Source: the human T2T-CHM13v2.0 reference genome, Homo sapiens. From it: a DNA stretch of 64,000 bases. Under the pieces are notes generated by a model. The model saw nothing but the letters and a program-made list of their open reading frames with translations. It searched no databases and was not told where the DNA came from. The stretch lies in the NCBI RefSeq assembly GCF_009914755.1, contig NC_060933.1. One strand, given 5' to 3'. Positions 15,490 to 30,774 of this stretch are shown piece after piece. The number at the start of each line of letters is the position of its first letter. Within the stretch, counting starts at the first letter, position 1. The translations under genes were made by a program, and so were the position numbers.

Positions 15490-17060
15490 TATTCTAGGCT
15501 TTAGAGATGTGTCAGCCAAGATCCTTGTCCTCAAGGAGCCCATAGTTTGTTAGAGAGAGAAGATGTGTAAATAGTTAAGTGTATAAAGTGCTACAGTGCT
15601 TGAGGTCTAATGTAGAAAAATCCACAGCCTGTGGGGAGGGAAGAGAAAGGAGGGAGTGATGCAATCTATTTGGAGGGAACAGAAAAATCTTCTGTATTTG
15701 TCAGTACTCTTTGAGTTGTAAGTGGTAGAAACATCACTCAAACTAGCTTAAGAAAATGGGAGATTTATTAGTGTATATAATTTAGGAAGCCTGGGGATGG
15801 TTCTGGCTTCATGCATGACTAGATCTGGGACTCAAACAATGTAGTAGGACCCTTTTTTCTCTTTCAACTCTGCCTCCCTCTGCATGTTGACTTTATTTTC
15901 TTCAATGTAGATGCATTTCTTTTATGTGACTTGGAAAAATTGCTACTCAGAAGTACATCATCTCAGCTTAATCCTAGTGGTATGTTTTTTCACTTCTCTC
16001 CTGGTATCCGTGTGTCTGTCCCTAGAAATGTCTCTAACTGGTGTTTCTCAGTTCACTTAGCTATCCCTTGGATCAATAGCTATTGCAAAGAAACGAGGTA
16101 GCATGATTGGCCTAACCTGGCTCACAAACAAGTCCTAGTGGCAGGAATGAGCTAACCATGACTGGCATTTCCACCAGAGCCATTTACAGTGAGGGTAGAT
16201 GTGTTTCCCCAAAGGAAAGAAGACTAGGCAGATCAAAATTGACAGATGTTCATTAAAGCTTCATGGATATTTAAACTGTGCCATCATAGATGAATTGTTT
16301 TTTGTCAAATGAAGCAGCAGTGCACATCGATTATTGTTAGAGGAAGCAATAAGAACAAAACTAAGAGGACATGAACCAGCCGGGAAGATCAGGAGACTGC
16401 AAGTAGTCTTTGAGGTTGGATCATGGTAGGGGGCCATGGCTTGAGATGAAGCTGTGAAATAGACAGGAGCCTCACTGGCTATGCTAGGGAACCTGCTCTT
16501 TGCACTGTAGGCAATGGGGAGACATCCTTGGTTTTAGGCAAGGGTCGGAGGTGGTCAGATTTCCATTTTAGAATATCACTCTGGCAGCAGTGTGGAGATT
16601 GAGTTGGAGAAGCCAAGAATGGATGCAGGGAGACTAATAAGGAAACCACTACAGTAATCCAGCTGGAGATAAGTTCTGTAATGTGCTAAAGATGCTAATA
16701 TGGAATAGTCTCCATGTCCAGGTAGGAGATGAAGGAAGGAGGGTTAAGGCAATACTCAAGGTTATAGTGGGGAAGCAAAAGATGTGGAAACTGGCCAGCA
16801 GAATCAACATGACTTGGTCTTTCAAGAAAGTAAGTGTCTAGGATGACTTAGATTTCTGACTTAAGTAGTGTCATTTGCTGAGATGAAACATAGAAGAAGG
16901 AACAGGTGTGAAGGTAGAGGGTGGGGGATTGCTTGAGATGGTGACTGCATGTGTTTGAGTTTGGGGGAGTGACTATGAATAGTTGGCAGTTCAGTATAGG
17001 GATCTGCAGCTCAAAGGAGAGGTAGAGTTGTAGAGTGGATGAGAATGAAGGCCCGAAGAG
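15490..17060 (-). mobile_element. L2 LINE fragment, interrupted by an MLT1 LTR
   Basis: 'ccttgtcctcaaggagcccatag' and 'taggcaatgggga...cagatttccattttagaatatcactctggcagcagtgtggag'. Confidence 0.75.
15693..16255 (-). mobile_element. Old MaLR LTR (MLT1K/L-like)
   Basis: 'tgtatttgtcag...agttgtaagtggtagaaac...actcaaactagcttaag...ctggcttcatgcatgactagatc'. Confidence 0.7.
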
Positions 17061-17286
17061 TTACTGGTTTTGTCCTGGTTAAGGGAAGGAGAAATCTGGA
17101 AACCAGTGGGCTATCCCGGTGAGGAGCACAGCTCAGACCTCAGCCATCAAACAAGTATCAGAAACTGCAAGTGAGTTCCTTAATGGTGTCCTATGCAAAC
17201 TTGTTGTCGTTTGACTCATATCTAATTCTGAGCGTAGGCTGGTTGCCTCTTGTCCACCTAGAAGTGACTTTAAGACCATCACTATG

Positions 17287-17563
17287 GGCTGGGTTCGGAG
17301 GCTAACACCTATAATTCCAGCACTTTGGGAGACTGAGGTGGGTGGATCACCTGAGGTCAGGAATTTGAGACCAGCCTGGCCAACATGGCAAAACCCCATC
17401 TCTAGTAAAAATACAAATATTAGCCAAGCGTGGTGACACACACCTGTAATCCCAGCTACTCGGGAGGCTGACACAGGGAAATTGCTTGAACTCAGGAAGC
17501 AGAGGTTGCAGTGAGCTGAGACTGTGACAACAGACTGAGACTCTGTCTCAAAAAAAAAAAAAA
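17287..17563 (+). mobile_element. AluSx-like with a right-arm deletion
   Basis: 'ggatcacctgaggtcagg'; lacks ccactgcactccagcctggg. Confidence 0.9.
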
Positions 17564-18050
17564 TTCACTGTGAAAGGGAGCTCAGCTAGTCAAAGAATCC
17601 TGAAATAGCTGTGGATGCACAGTGGGTCCTTGTCATGGGGCCAGGCCCAGGGTCATCAGTTAGAATGCAGTTGTAAACATGCTAATGCTGCTGCCTGGTT
17701 GTATGTGCTAACAACTGCTTAGTTCCAAATTCTAACCCAATAAGGAGTTTCCTCAGGGGAAATGTATGACTACAGCACAAATGGGCTCAGCCTTACTGCT
17801 TTCCCACTGTTACCCCTTCCTGCACCAGCGCTCTTCTGGTCCGTGTGACTAAAAGCCAAAACACCACTTTGCCTAACCCCCCAGATCCTATTAGTTTTGA
17901 GTCTCATCAATTCTGTTTCTTCCATTTGTCCTTCTCTTTCCATTCTGATTGGTACAGCTCTAAGCTAGGAGGCTTGTTAGTTCATCCATCCTTACTGCAC
18001 AACCAGGTGAATGGAACATCCTCCTAAGGCACTTAAATGATATTTGAATC

Positions 18051-18270
18051 CACAGGTCAGCAAACTAGGACCCGTGGGCCAAATCTGGCCCACTACCTGT
18101 GTTTGCAAATAAAGTTTTATTAGAACACAGCCACACTCATTCATTTAAATATTGTCCAGGACTGTTTTTGAACTACAATGGTAGCATTCAGTAGTTGCGA
18201 CAGAGACTGTATGTCCCACAAAATCTAAAATATTTACTTTTGTTTTATAGGAAAAGTGTATCAGCCCCTA
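18051..18270 (+). mobile_element. MER58A hAT-Charlie element inside an L2
   Basis: 'ggtcagcaaactaggacccgtgggccaaatctggccc...aaataaagttttattagaacacagccac'. Confidence 0.85.
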
Positions 18271-18583
18271 TTAATCCACCTTATGTATGAATGCCAGATT
18301 AATGTTCCTAAAATGCCATTTCACCATATCATTCTGTAGCTTAGAACCCTGCAATGACATTGCATTGTCCATGCAATAAAATCTAAACTTCATGGCCCTC
18401 CATGGTATAGTCCTAGCCAATCTGTTGAGTCATTGATCTCTGTTCCTAAAGGCAAGCCCTACAACCAGTTAGATTTTCCTCCTCATTGTCCCTGGAATAT
18501 GCAGTGCATTTCTACCCTTGTTCACCTAGTTCCTTTTGCTTGGAATGTATTGCCCATTTGTATCTACCTAAATCCTACTCATT

Positions 18584-18585
<2 letters not shown>

Positions 18586-18614
<29 letters not shown>

Positions 18615-18898
18615 GAGACAGAGTCTCACTCTGTCGCCCAGGCTGGAGTGCAGTGGTGTGATCTTGGCTCATGGCAACCTCTACCCACTGGGTTCAAGTG
18701 ATTCTCCTGCCTTAGCCTCCCAAGTATCTGGGATTACAGGCATGTACCACCACACCTGGCCAATTTTTATATTTTTAGTATAGATGGGGTTTCGCCATGT
18801 TGGCTAGGCTAGTCTCAAACTCGTGACCTCGGGTGATCCACCCACCTCAGCCTCCCAAAGTGCTGGGATTACAGGTATGAGCCACTGTGTGCCCGGCC
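18586..18898 (-). mobile_element. AluS
   Basis: Long T tail; TSD ctaaatcctactcattc (18568-18584) / ctaaatcctacccattc (18899-18915). Confidence 0.92.
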
Positions 18899-20129
18899 CT
18901 AAATCCTACCCATTCTTAAAGGACTAACATGAACTCTACATCCTTCATGACCATGTCAGTTACAGTGATCACCAATGAGCCTGCTGCTTGAGCATGTAAA
19001 GGTCCACTGCCCATACTGCCTGGTAAGTTTTCTTCTGCTCAGAGAATGGTTCACCAATATGATGATGGGCAACTCTGGAGTGAGGACTTTCTGATGGAAC
19101 AAAGTCACAGCTGTGGGAAAGCCTGGGAATGGTTTGGAAATGACAAGACATGTAATGAGAACACATGACACTCAATTAATATTTGTGGAAATCTTGAGTC
19201 ATCAGCCTCTCATATCTATGACATACATCTTGGTTCTGTATTTAAATGTAGGACAACTACATATCTTGATAGCCAGTGGGAATGACTGACAAAGTCCAGT
19301 AAGTCTACTCTTGAGAGATTCTAGAATGTAGAGATAGCAGCTGGACCAGGAAGCCCTAGCTTTATCATGTGCCATCTCTGAGATGGTGGATGTGGGCTGT
19401 TCCCACTGTGCCTCACTTTTCCCATCCACTGTCATATATTTTATGGTCTTGCACACACTCTGGGATTAAGTAACATCAATTATGCACCATTGATTGGAGT
19501 TCTTTGGTAAATGGTACTACATTCCTAAAATATTCATGTGTCTTACTTTGTCAGGGAGATTATATCCGTGACTTAGATATCATATTCTAGTGGCTTAAGA
19601 TTATGAGCTAATATTTTGTAAGGTCTGGGCATTGCACAGAAAACCTTGGTTGTAATACACATTATTATTACATTGATTTGAATAGCAATGGTACAATCAT
19701 AGCCCCGGAAACATAGCGACTACATAAAATAAAAGCTTCCGTTAACACTGAGCACAGCAGCCAGGCTTCCGCATTGTTGTTGTCCCTAGGATTTGGCTGT
19801 TGTATTGTCAAATGCCATTATGTCTTATCTAATAAGTTTCTCCCTGCATATGTGAGTAAACGAAAATGCTCCAGTATAGTAAATGTCTCAGCAAACCACT
19901 CCTGTACGCTTTGGAAACAGAACATTAACAAGGAAACTATCATGAGAGCAGACCTTTCTGTTCTCATGAATCACATTCATATGATGTTTATTGTCCACAT
20001 TGGAGAAGTATAGAGAAGAAAAATATGAAGGGTACACTCTAATGGAAAGGTTATAGTGGAAATGCAAGGAAAATATATCCCTTTACAACCAGCTTCTAGG
20101 CATTACCTAGAAGTAAAATTATGACAATA

Positions 20130-20370
20130 AGACTAACAGCAAATAACATTGAGCACTTACTCTGTGCCAGGTATTGTTCTAGGCCTTTTACGTTACATCA
20201 TCTTATTTAATCCACTCCACAACTAAGTGGTTTGGATGCAGTTATTATCTCCACTTTATGTACGAGAAGACCAAGACCCAGGGAGGTAGAAGAACTTGTC
20301 AGAAGTCAGACAGGTAGTGAGTGGTAGGGCTGGGAGTTGGACCCGGACAGACAGATTCCAGATTTCATAT
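20130..20370 (-). mobile_element. MIR
   Basis: 'attgagcacttactctgtgccaggtattgttctagg...ttattatctccactttat'. Confidence 0.8.
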
Positions 20371-20659
20371 TTATCGTAACCTCAGCTGCCCCACCCACAT
20401 GAAATGCTACCCCAAGGCTAGTGGCAGCAAATATAACCCATTTCATTTGCATTGTTTGGTATGTCCAACTGGGTGATTTGTCCTACAAAATTTGAAACAA
20501 CGTCTGCTTATTTATGTCTGTGATTTTGATCAAATAAATCTCACCCAGAATTTCCCACTGTCTTATTCTATGGTATTTGCAGTTTGTAAGAACCTCTGTC
20601 TTTTGGATTGAGACGTTTTTATTCTTTGTGTCCAAATTAACACTGCACAGAACATGGTT

Positions 20660-20662
<3 letters not shown>

Positions 20663-20700
<38 letters not shown>

Positions 20701-20713
20701 TGTGTGTGTGTGT
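20663..20713 (+). repeat. (TG)18TC(TG)6 microsatellite
   Basis: Directly visible. Confidence 0.95.
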
Positions 20714-20852
20714 AGAAACCGTCTTTTCTTTTGGATTAAATTCTTGCAGCCTGGCTGAGTGAGGAGAATTTCTCCCACTCTTCGAGCCTACAGCAGACAT
20801 GTTAGGAGAATGCTGCTGCTTGCAACACACCCAGAGACGGTGGGGCAGGTGA

Positions 20853-21074
<222 letters not shown>

Positions 21075-22789
21075 TGATCCCAGGAACCTATTCCATTATT
21101 AGACATGCAGATCACACTCCGGAGAGCTGGGCAGTGCCTGCCCTGCCGTGAAGGCGCTGCCGCCAACCAAACCAGCCTTTTTCATTCAATCAGGAAACCA
21201 TCTCTTGGCTTTTCTTGTGAATTTCTCAAATTCAGGGCATTATTACAGCATTCCAATTTCTGCAAGCATAAGATTACAGTGTGCATGTGGACAGGGTGGA
21301 GGGTTTGTGCGTGTGAAGTGTGGTGGCTATATATAGAAATTGGATGAGAATACTTCACAGGGTGGGTGAGGCAGCATTTCAGGATTGTTTCTCCCATGCA
21401 TAGGTGCTGGGTGTGTTTGCTCAGAGACCCCAAAAGATATATTTCACGGAACGTTCTTTTTATTCACTTAAAAATATTAGTATTTCCTTTCTTGATATGG
21501 AGAAAAGGGAGATTAAACGATGTGATCTGATAAAAGAACAACACTGTGTATTTCAGATTATTCATTTATTTTATTTGTACTTTAACAATTTTGAAAGTGT
21601 TCTGTGAGAGCAAGCAGTTGGTCAAAGATGGCTTTGAAATGATTTGACTCAGACGGGTCTCCATGGTACCATCTAAAAAGAGAGAGAGAGAGAGACAGCA
21701 CACAAGAGCTGTTTATTTTTTCTTTAAAACATGATGCACTTAAGCATCGTAATTGATTACAGCTCAGGAGAAAGCTCTGTCACTGTCACAAGGACCCCAC
21801 TGGTTGCAGAATGTTGCTTTTCACATGTTCAGAGAATAATGTGACCACATTCCAATGGCCAGCCGGGAGTTGTTGCTTGCCTTTGACTGCTCCTGGGCTT
21901 TTTGGCAGGAAAACCTTCTCCTGCTTACCTCATGTTGCTGTGACATTGCCTGCACAGAGCTGCATTGCTCAGAGGACTGGGTGGGAAGGTGGTGCTGACT
22001 TTCGGGGTGATGCTCGGTATGAATTATCTAGATTTTTTTCAACAAGATAAACCTTTATGGCTACTTTTCCTGTCCTTTTCTAGAAAACAGGATTGTGCTA
22101 AATGAATACCCAAAATGAGAACCATCAGCAAGCGAGTTACTGATTGAAAATAGCAGCATGACCTATATCTGCTTAGCATGTTTATCAGTTTTTGCCATTT
22201 ACCTTAACCAGAGAAATGTGCTTAAAAGGAAGAAAAGCAGCATGATACTAAGGATATTGCCTGTTTCTCTCTGTTCATCATATAAATTCATTGACAGATC
22301 TTTCTTTGTAGGAGCTTGCTCTGTATCCCCGGTGCTGTTGCTCTTTCCCCACAACATTCCTGAGGGAGGATGGAGGGCTAAAATTAGTATCCTCTTCTCA
22401 CAGAGAGGGGGCCTTAAAAACACCTAATAGAACTGAGTGAATTGTTCAAGGTCAATCTGCACAGAGCTAGGTCTCTGGCTCAGAGTACAGTCCATTCAGT
22501 ACGGTGCTTGTAAGAGACCAACATGTACTAAAACCTCAGTGAATTTCTGGTTAAAGGTGAACTTTTAAATAAGAGGACCGAATGAAAAAAGAGAGGCTGC
22601 TTTGGGCTAGACAGCCTCACTTTAAGCTCAACGTAGTTCTTTGCTTTTGTATTCCCTGAATCCAGTCAGGGAATAAACATATGTCAAAACATCAAGGGAT
22701 TTTTTTTCTTTGGTCTCCCTTCTCATGATCCTGGGTGCCAAATAAGATACCAAGGGCTCATTTATTGCTGATGTCCAGTGCAGTATTAG

Positions 22790-23108
<319 letters not shown>

Positions 23109-23127
23109 TATTCATTTTTCGTCTATG

Positions 23128-23190
23128 CATCCATTCATCCATCTTTCCATCCATCCATCCATCCATCCATCCATCCATCCATCCATCCAA
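23128..23190 (+). repeat. (CCAT)n tetranucleotide repeat, pure (CCAT)10 at 23147-23186
   Basis: Directly visible. Confidence 0.93.
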
Positions 23191-23984
23191 TCAACAGAAA
23201 CAACAGTAGAAATTAACTTGGTCTTGTATGCGGAAGCAGTGAGGTTTTTCTCAAGGACTTGGAAACAAGGGAATCAGCTAGTTCTTTATGGCTATCTTGG
23301 TAAAATTCTCACACAGTTGATGAGATTGGCTATCTGAAGGAACACCCAACACTCGCACCATGGCAACCTTGCTATTGCAGGGCAGGAGGTGGGTGAGGTG
23401 GGGAGGACTGGAGGTGATGGTAACTTACTAAGTGGAGGTGAGTGCATTGTATGTCTCTGGGAAAGGCTTGTGTGGACAGAATGAGGGTGAGTTATTTGCC
23501 TTGAATACTGAAAAAGGAAAGCTCAGAGGTTCCAAAGGTGGCAGTGGTTGTCTAGTACTATCTGCAGAGAGACCCCCAGCTTTGGGAGGTCCTGAATTTC
23601 TGTATGCTGGTGAGGTGGGGTCAGTGGTAAGGTGAGGAGGGTCCTCAGGCCACAGTGAGGCCCAAGTGAAACTTCCCTCAGGACCTTGCCTCTCTTTGTT
23701 CTGAATTCATCCTCCCTATAATTATTCAGTTATTTTGATATGAGGAAAGGGTTGCCTGATTGAAGGATATGATCACTTTAGGCACTAGGAAGGAATATGT
23801 TTCACTTTAAATCAATAAACTGGTGACTGAACTTGAATAGCATGGGACTTTTTCCCTGTAATCATCCAGTTTGCAGCCTAGTGGCCTCGCCCCTGGATGG
23901 AAGTACATTCGTGGAGGTTATATTTTCTTCTCTGTGAGCCTCTCCAAGGAGTCAGCCAGTTTTCTCCTGGTAGCCTGTTAGCCA

Positions 23985-24215
23985 CCGTCAGTAACAGTCA
24001 CCATTTTTTTGAGTGCCTAACACGTGCCTGGTACTTTAAACACATACCCTCAATAATGACCACAAGACAGTTATTACTCTGTCTTACAGCTATGGGAACA
24101 AACTCATGAGGTCAAGTGATTTGCCCAAGACCATAGAGACTATAAATGAGGGAGCCTGAGAGAAACTCCTGGGCTGTCTGCTTTCAAAGACCGAGCTCTT
24201 TCCAGGCCACTGTTC
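23985..24215 (-). mobile_element. MIR
   Basis: 'ttgagtgcctaacacgtgcctgg...gaggtcaagtgatttgcccaagacca'. Confidence 0.75.
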
Positions 24216-24989
24216 TCTTTGAAAGAAATGTTTCCTTTGGAATAATTCATTTAGTGAGATGCCAGTTACCATCATTGCTGTCTCTCTTACTCTAAATATA
24301 TTGTGATGGACTCCAGAAAATTTAGATCATGTGGAGACATGTCACAGTGATTATTGAAGTTCCTTGAAGTAGAGAATATTAGGAAATATGTCAGTAATCA
24401 ATATTTGTTTCACTAATTTGCAAAATCCTAGATATTCTCTAAGAAAAAAATATTCTCCTTGCATTAGAGTTAGTTGTCATGTTTATAAGATATAATTTTC
24501 ATATTCTTTATATAATTCTCATATTCTATGTCTTAAGATAAAATTCTCACATGTGGCAATTATCAGATAGCCTGTGGACACTTATTCTCATGCAATGAGA
24601 TGAATTATTTAGACAGATTCACCTGTCTGTGGTCAAAGCAAATAAATAGAATGCAAGATAGTAGTTTTGGCATTCATATATATTTTTAGAAGACTTACTT
24701 ATTGCAATATTTAGGAACATATAGTGAGCAACTCTACAAAATGGAATATCATCACTTTGTATATGGACTTCGAGCAAATTCCACAATACAGTAAAAGACT
24801 AAAGTATAAAATGGTAAAATACTAACTGCTACATCCCAGTGATTAGGAAACCTCAAGATACTTTGAACTCCAGGCCAAATTAAACTCAGATGTATTTTTA
24901 AAGCATCCTTAGCTATACGTAGTGTGGTGTAATAATTTCTAAGCATTACAAGTAGAACTAGTAAGCAATTTTTATAGCTATATTATTTT

Positions 24990-25760
24990 TGATGATTACA
25001 AAAGGAAAGAATGTATAATCATTGCAAAAACTAAATTAAAAAGTACAGCAAAATATAAAGAAAAAACATATGTACTCTATACTTACCATTCAGATAGAAC
25101 CCATGCAGAGGTAAATCCTTCTATACTTTTTTCCCCGATATATTTCTGTAGATTAAGATATGTAACCATCATTCACAGGGCTCACCAACCTGTGGGTAAA
25201 ATGAAATTATATTAACATTAGCATTGGAATAACATTAACCTTTACCTCTTTTTTATGTGGGTTCTTTTTAATACCCATACAAAAACTTATAATTTTTATA
25301 AAATCCCATGGAGCATTCTTTTACTTTAGGATAACTGACTTTGATGTCTTCCTTGAAAAGAATGTCTCCATCTCAAACTCTTAGCTATTATGTTTCTTAT
25401 ACTTCAATAGCATTAATTCATCTAGAATTTATTTACAGACGAGATATGCAGTAGGAATATAACTTTACTTTTTACTGATGCTGAGCTGCTTGTCTCAATG
25501 TGATTTATTGATTAATTCATCCTTTCCTTCACTGATTTAAATGTCTTCTTTATCACCTACATATTTCTGACTTACATTTGAGTCTACCATTTATGGATTA
25601 TTTTTATTCCATTAATCTGCCCATTCCTGTGCCAGTATTGTTCTCATTTAATCCCTATAGCTTTTTAATATATTGTAATATTTCATAAGACAAGAACTAT
25701 CATTATTCTTTTGAAAAATTGTCTTGGCTTTTTATTTCATAGGAACAATTATTTATTTTT
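24990..25760 (-). mobile_element. Ancient L1M/L1ME fragments
   Basis: AT-rich; 'taattcatctagaatttattt...gatttattgattaattcatcctttcc...cctgtgccagta'. Confidence 0.6.
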
Positions 25761-26694
25761 ATTGTTTTTATAATGAGACTTGTGATGATATGGATTTTTT
25801 TAAAATAAATCAGCTACTATATCATACTAGAGCAGAAGGAATTTAATATTTCCTTCTGTCCCTTGGTTGAATTGCCAGAGATTTGTCTATTTTATTGGTC
25901 TGTTCAAAGTCCCAGCACAGAGTAGGCACTGAGTACCTACTGCAACATGAATTCCTTGGAGACCGTCATATTTACAAAGGTTTGCCTGACAGAGTTGGCC
26001 CTGTCAGAATCAAATTGCTAATACCACGTCTTCAATACATAAACTGCCTTTGAATTACTTATTCATGAGCGGCGAACCCTCACTAGAGTTTTCTTCTAAT
26101 CCAAGCTATAAAAATTGTCATTATATTTGGAAGACCACAGCCTTTTCTTCCAAGAAAGCTGAATGAAAAAAGATGAAAGGCTGAATTGTGACCCTGTGAA
26201 ATATTTGTTGTCAACCCACTAAGGTCATTTGCTGAAGAGCCTGAAGGTATCAGAAGACTTGCTACAAAGATATTACAGTGTCTTTCCCGGTTTTGAACAT
26301 TTAGCACTAATTTTAGACTTTTTCTTGTTACTGGGATGTGTGAAAGACTTATTTCAAATTTTAAAATATTGAACAGATAGGCACAGTACACAGTGTAAAG
26401 TAACCTTAGATCTCCTCCCTTGTTTCCATACCCAGAGCTTGAATGGAAGTTAAAACCTGATTTCTTCTATCAGAAGTCTTGGGTCGGCTTCTCCCTGGGT
26501 GGACTGAAGCATATAACAAAATCTCAAAACCAAACCAAGATCTTATTTATTGAGAGTCAAGAAAGAGGAAGGAAAGAGTGGGAAGGATAGGGGAAGAGAA
26601 AGAGGGACAGGACACAGATAAATGACTGAAAACACAAACACAGCTATTGCCTCATGCTGAGTTTAACCCACTTTCTGTTAGAAAACTGAATTTA

Positions 26695-27026
<332 letters not shown>

Positions 27027-27358
27027 CTAGAATAGCCAATATCAGCTTCAGCCAGATTACAAATGAATGAAAGATCCAGAGTAAAAAGTAAAATCATGAA
27101 AGTACACAAAGGAATCACAGGTGAATATTTTTATAGTGAGGGTAAGGAAGTCTTATCTATGTATGACATCAAAGCCAGAATGTGCAAGTAAAAAAGATTG
27201 CCAGATATGACTTTATAAAAATAACAAACATCTGACCAGGAAACAACAGGAGACTTATTACAAGTTCTCATTCACCTCCTACTTCCCCAATCTGCCCCAC
27301 CCAGCCTCTCCAGACATGCCTCACTCTTCACCGGGGCCACCTCAAAAAGTGGTATCTA

Positions 27359-27493
27359 GGCTGGGCACAGTGGTTCATGCCTGTGATCCCAGTACTTGGG
27401 AGGCTGAGGTGGGAGGATCATTTGAACCTAGGAATTCGAGACCAGCCTGGGCAACATAGATTCCATCTCTACAAAAATAAAATAAAAAATAAA
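27359..27493 (+). mobile_element. FLAM (free left Alu monomer)
   Basis: Single left-arm monomer followed by an A-rich tail. Confidence 0.85.
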
Positions 27494-28059
27494 GGAAAGT
27501 AAGAAAAGTGACTTCATTGCAGTTACCTTAGCTGTAGATGAAAAAGATTGGGTTAGATGATCTCTGTGATCTTTTTTTAGCTTTAGTGATCCAAGATTTT
27601 ATATTTGCTAAAGTACAGTGTATGTGCATGATTTTCCAAGAATTCCTCACATGTCAGCCTCCGTGGATGAATAAAAGATACAGTCCTGACTGTGAGAACT
27701 CAGGGGCAAGTGGGGGAGAGAGAGCATCAATATGGAACCCACCATTAGAGGAGCTGAAAAATAGTTTTCCATGTTATGAAGTGGATCAGTGGCACCTGAT
27801 GATTTTGTAAATCCTATTTGAGCAAAAAAGAAAAAAGGATTCTTGGGTGATCTTACACAGAGGCAAGATAGCAGAGTGTACCTCTTGGCTTCAAATCCCA
27901 GATCTACAGCTCACTCGGTGTGATACCATGGATAAGTCAGTTAATGTTAGCACCTACCTCATGGGATGCTTGTGAAAGTTAAGTGGATTTACATGTAAAG
28001 CACATAAAGCAGTAAGAGTTCTATAAGAATTATCATTATTGTCACCATCATCACCCAGT

Positions 28060-28980
28060 ACTATGGCTGCAAATACCATTTATGTATATATGACTGCCAA
28101 ATTGAGAATCCCAGTCTTCCATGTTCAACTGCTTTTCTGACATGTCCGCTTAGATGGATGTCACTTTCATTTAGAAGCCTCTGAAACTTAACATGCCCAA
28201 AATGAAAGATTTTATTTTCTGCTTTTCTATCATTTGTTCTACTCTTCCCTGTCTCCAGTTGATGATACCACTATTCACCCTTTCACTCAAACCAAATATC
28301 TATGCATTGCCCTAATCCTTCCCTTTTTCTCAGCCCACATCTAATCTGTTACAAGTCACACTGATTCTACCTCCAGAATGTACCACCATGCCTTTTGATT
28401 CTTCTGTCTCTCTTCTGTTTCAAGCTAATATGCTCTGTCACTTGAACCATGCAATAAACTCCCATCACTTGTACTTTGTAATCCTGCCCCTTGCAATGTG
28501 TTCTTCCTATTGGGCTTAGAAGACACAGCAAACTCCTTAACAAGGCTACAGAATCCTACCTAATCTGGCCCCTGCCTTCTTCTCCATCTTCAGTTTGTTC
28601 TGCCCTCCCACCCCAACCTCACTTATTATGGTCCAGCCACTCGGGCATTTGTTCCGGTCCACAAACACACCAAACTCTGTCCTACCACCAGGCTGGTACA
28701 TTTGCCAGTCCCTCCACCTGGAACACCCCTCCGGATCTCAGATCTCAGCTTGAATGTTCAAGTCATCAGAGAGACCTTTCCCACTTTAAATGTCCTCCCC
28801 TGGTCCCTCTTTGTCACATTGTCCTGTCTACCTCTTCCTAGGCAGCATCATAGTCTGAGATTATCTTGCATCCTTGTTTATTGGGATGAAGGCTTGAGTG
28901 AGAGTAGGGACTTGCCTGTCTTCCTGAGCTGTGACTTCAGGGACTGGCAGAGTTCTTGGCACCTAGGAAAGGGATAAGAG
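28060..28980 (+). mobile_element. L2 LINE 3' region
   Basis: 'atggctgcaaataccattta...aaacttaacatgcccaaaatgaa...ttctacctccagaatgta...ctcagcttgaatgt'. Confidence 0.75.
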
Positions 28981-29112
28981 AGCCACTGCTCCTGAGTTGG
29001 GGACACAGAAGGAGAGGATGGGGAGTTCTTTTAGATTATGGTGTTTGACCAGCCATTGAGAAAGCTTGTGTATTCTTCAAGCATTTGGATAGTCATAGGT
29101 CCTCATGCTGTG

Positions 29113-29300
29113 CTACTCAAATCGTGGTCCTCAGTCTGGCATTGCCAGTGACAGCATCACCTGGGAGGTCGTTAAAATTCAAATTCCCAGGCCTTATGCG
29201 AGACTTAGAGAATCTGCATCTCCATGGGTGGGTCCTGGAATCTGTGTCTTAGGAAGTTCTCCTGGTGGTCCTTATGCATACTGAAGTTTGGGAAACTCAG
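29113..29300. mobile_element. MER5A-like hAT MITE
   Basis: 'gtgctactcaaatcgtggtcc...cagcatcacctggga...tatgcatactgaagtttgggaa'. Confidence 0.75.
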
Positions 29301-29493
29301 TTCTTGCTTTTTGTTTTCCAAAGCTGGCCAGGCCAGTAGAGCCAGAAACAGATTTACTTTGGGAGTTCCTTCTGTCCTCCTTTCAGAAGCCCCTGTCAAG
29401 TTTCCCTTTGTCCAGCTGCCAGCTCCCCACCTGCTCCTTCCTTGTATTGACTTGCCATGATGACATTCGTTTGACAAATGTGAAGTTTGACAG

Positions 29494-29560
29494 TCCTTAG
29501 CACCTTGGGAGGAGTTTGAGACCAGCCTGGCCAACATGGTGAAACCTTATCTCTACTAAA
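29494..29560 (+). mobile_element. Short Alu left-arm remnant
   Basis: 'agcaccttgggagg|agtttgagaccagcctggccaacatggtgaaacc...tctctactaaa'. Confidence 0.85.
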
Positions 29561-29970
29561 GCTATGATACTATGTTAGCTATGATACTTTTTTTTGATGT
29601 ATGTTATTTAGACAATAAAGGCCACAAACAGAGAAAAGTTTTTTTTAATTTTAATTTTTTTATTTCTATTGAGCTCTGCTTCCGCTAAATTCTGAAACAC
29701 TGAGGCAGCCAATACAAGCTAGCACAGTATAGGGGACCCTGTGCTTTGGATGGTGCACTCAGTATACACCATTCCATTTGGAGACATGTTGGAGACAACA
29801 TAAGGGGGATCTGGAGTCAGTTAAGGAAGCCTTTTGAATTGGTGATTTCCCCTGAAAGCATGACTTTGGAGCCAAGTAGAAAATCAACTATGCTTTTTCG
29901 GCTTCTTAAAAATGTCTAAACACCTTTGTGAAACAGGATTCTCTGAGACCAGGCCCACTGCCTTTTCCAG

Positions 29971-30437
<467 letters not shown>

Positions 30438-30774
30438 TGATGGTGGCAGCTAAGTTGGTGAGAAGTGAGGGGCTAGACCCTTCATGTGATGGCAGGAGGC
30501 ACTGTGTGAAGAACAGCAGAGAGAACATTCCAAGAGCAGCCATTTACGTTGCAAGAAGTTGTGGCTGCAGAACATCCCTGCTGGTGTGGAGACAGCCAGG
30601 ACTGTCCATGGCTGCTTTTCCAGAAGGGTCCACACCAACGCCAAGGCTTCCAGGATGTCTATCCCCCAGAATCCTAAGGTTTTTACTATCTGTGGTTTGG
30701 ACATCTTTAGCACAGGAAGCACCCTGAAAGTGTGGTCCCTACCCCTCCCAAATAATTAGAGAGAAGGAAAGTTG

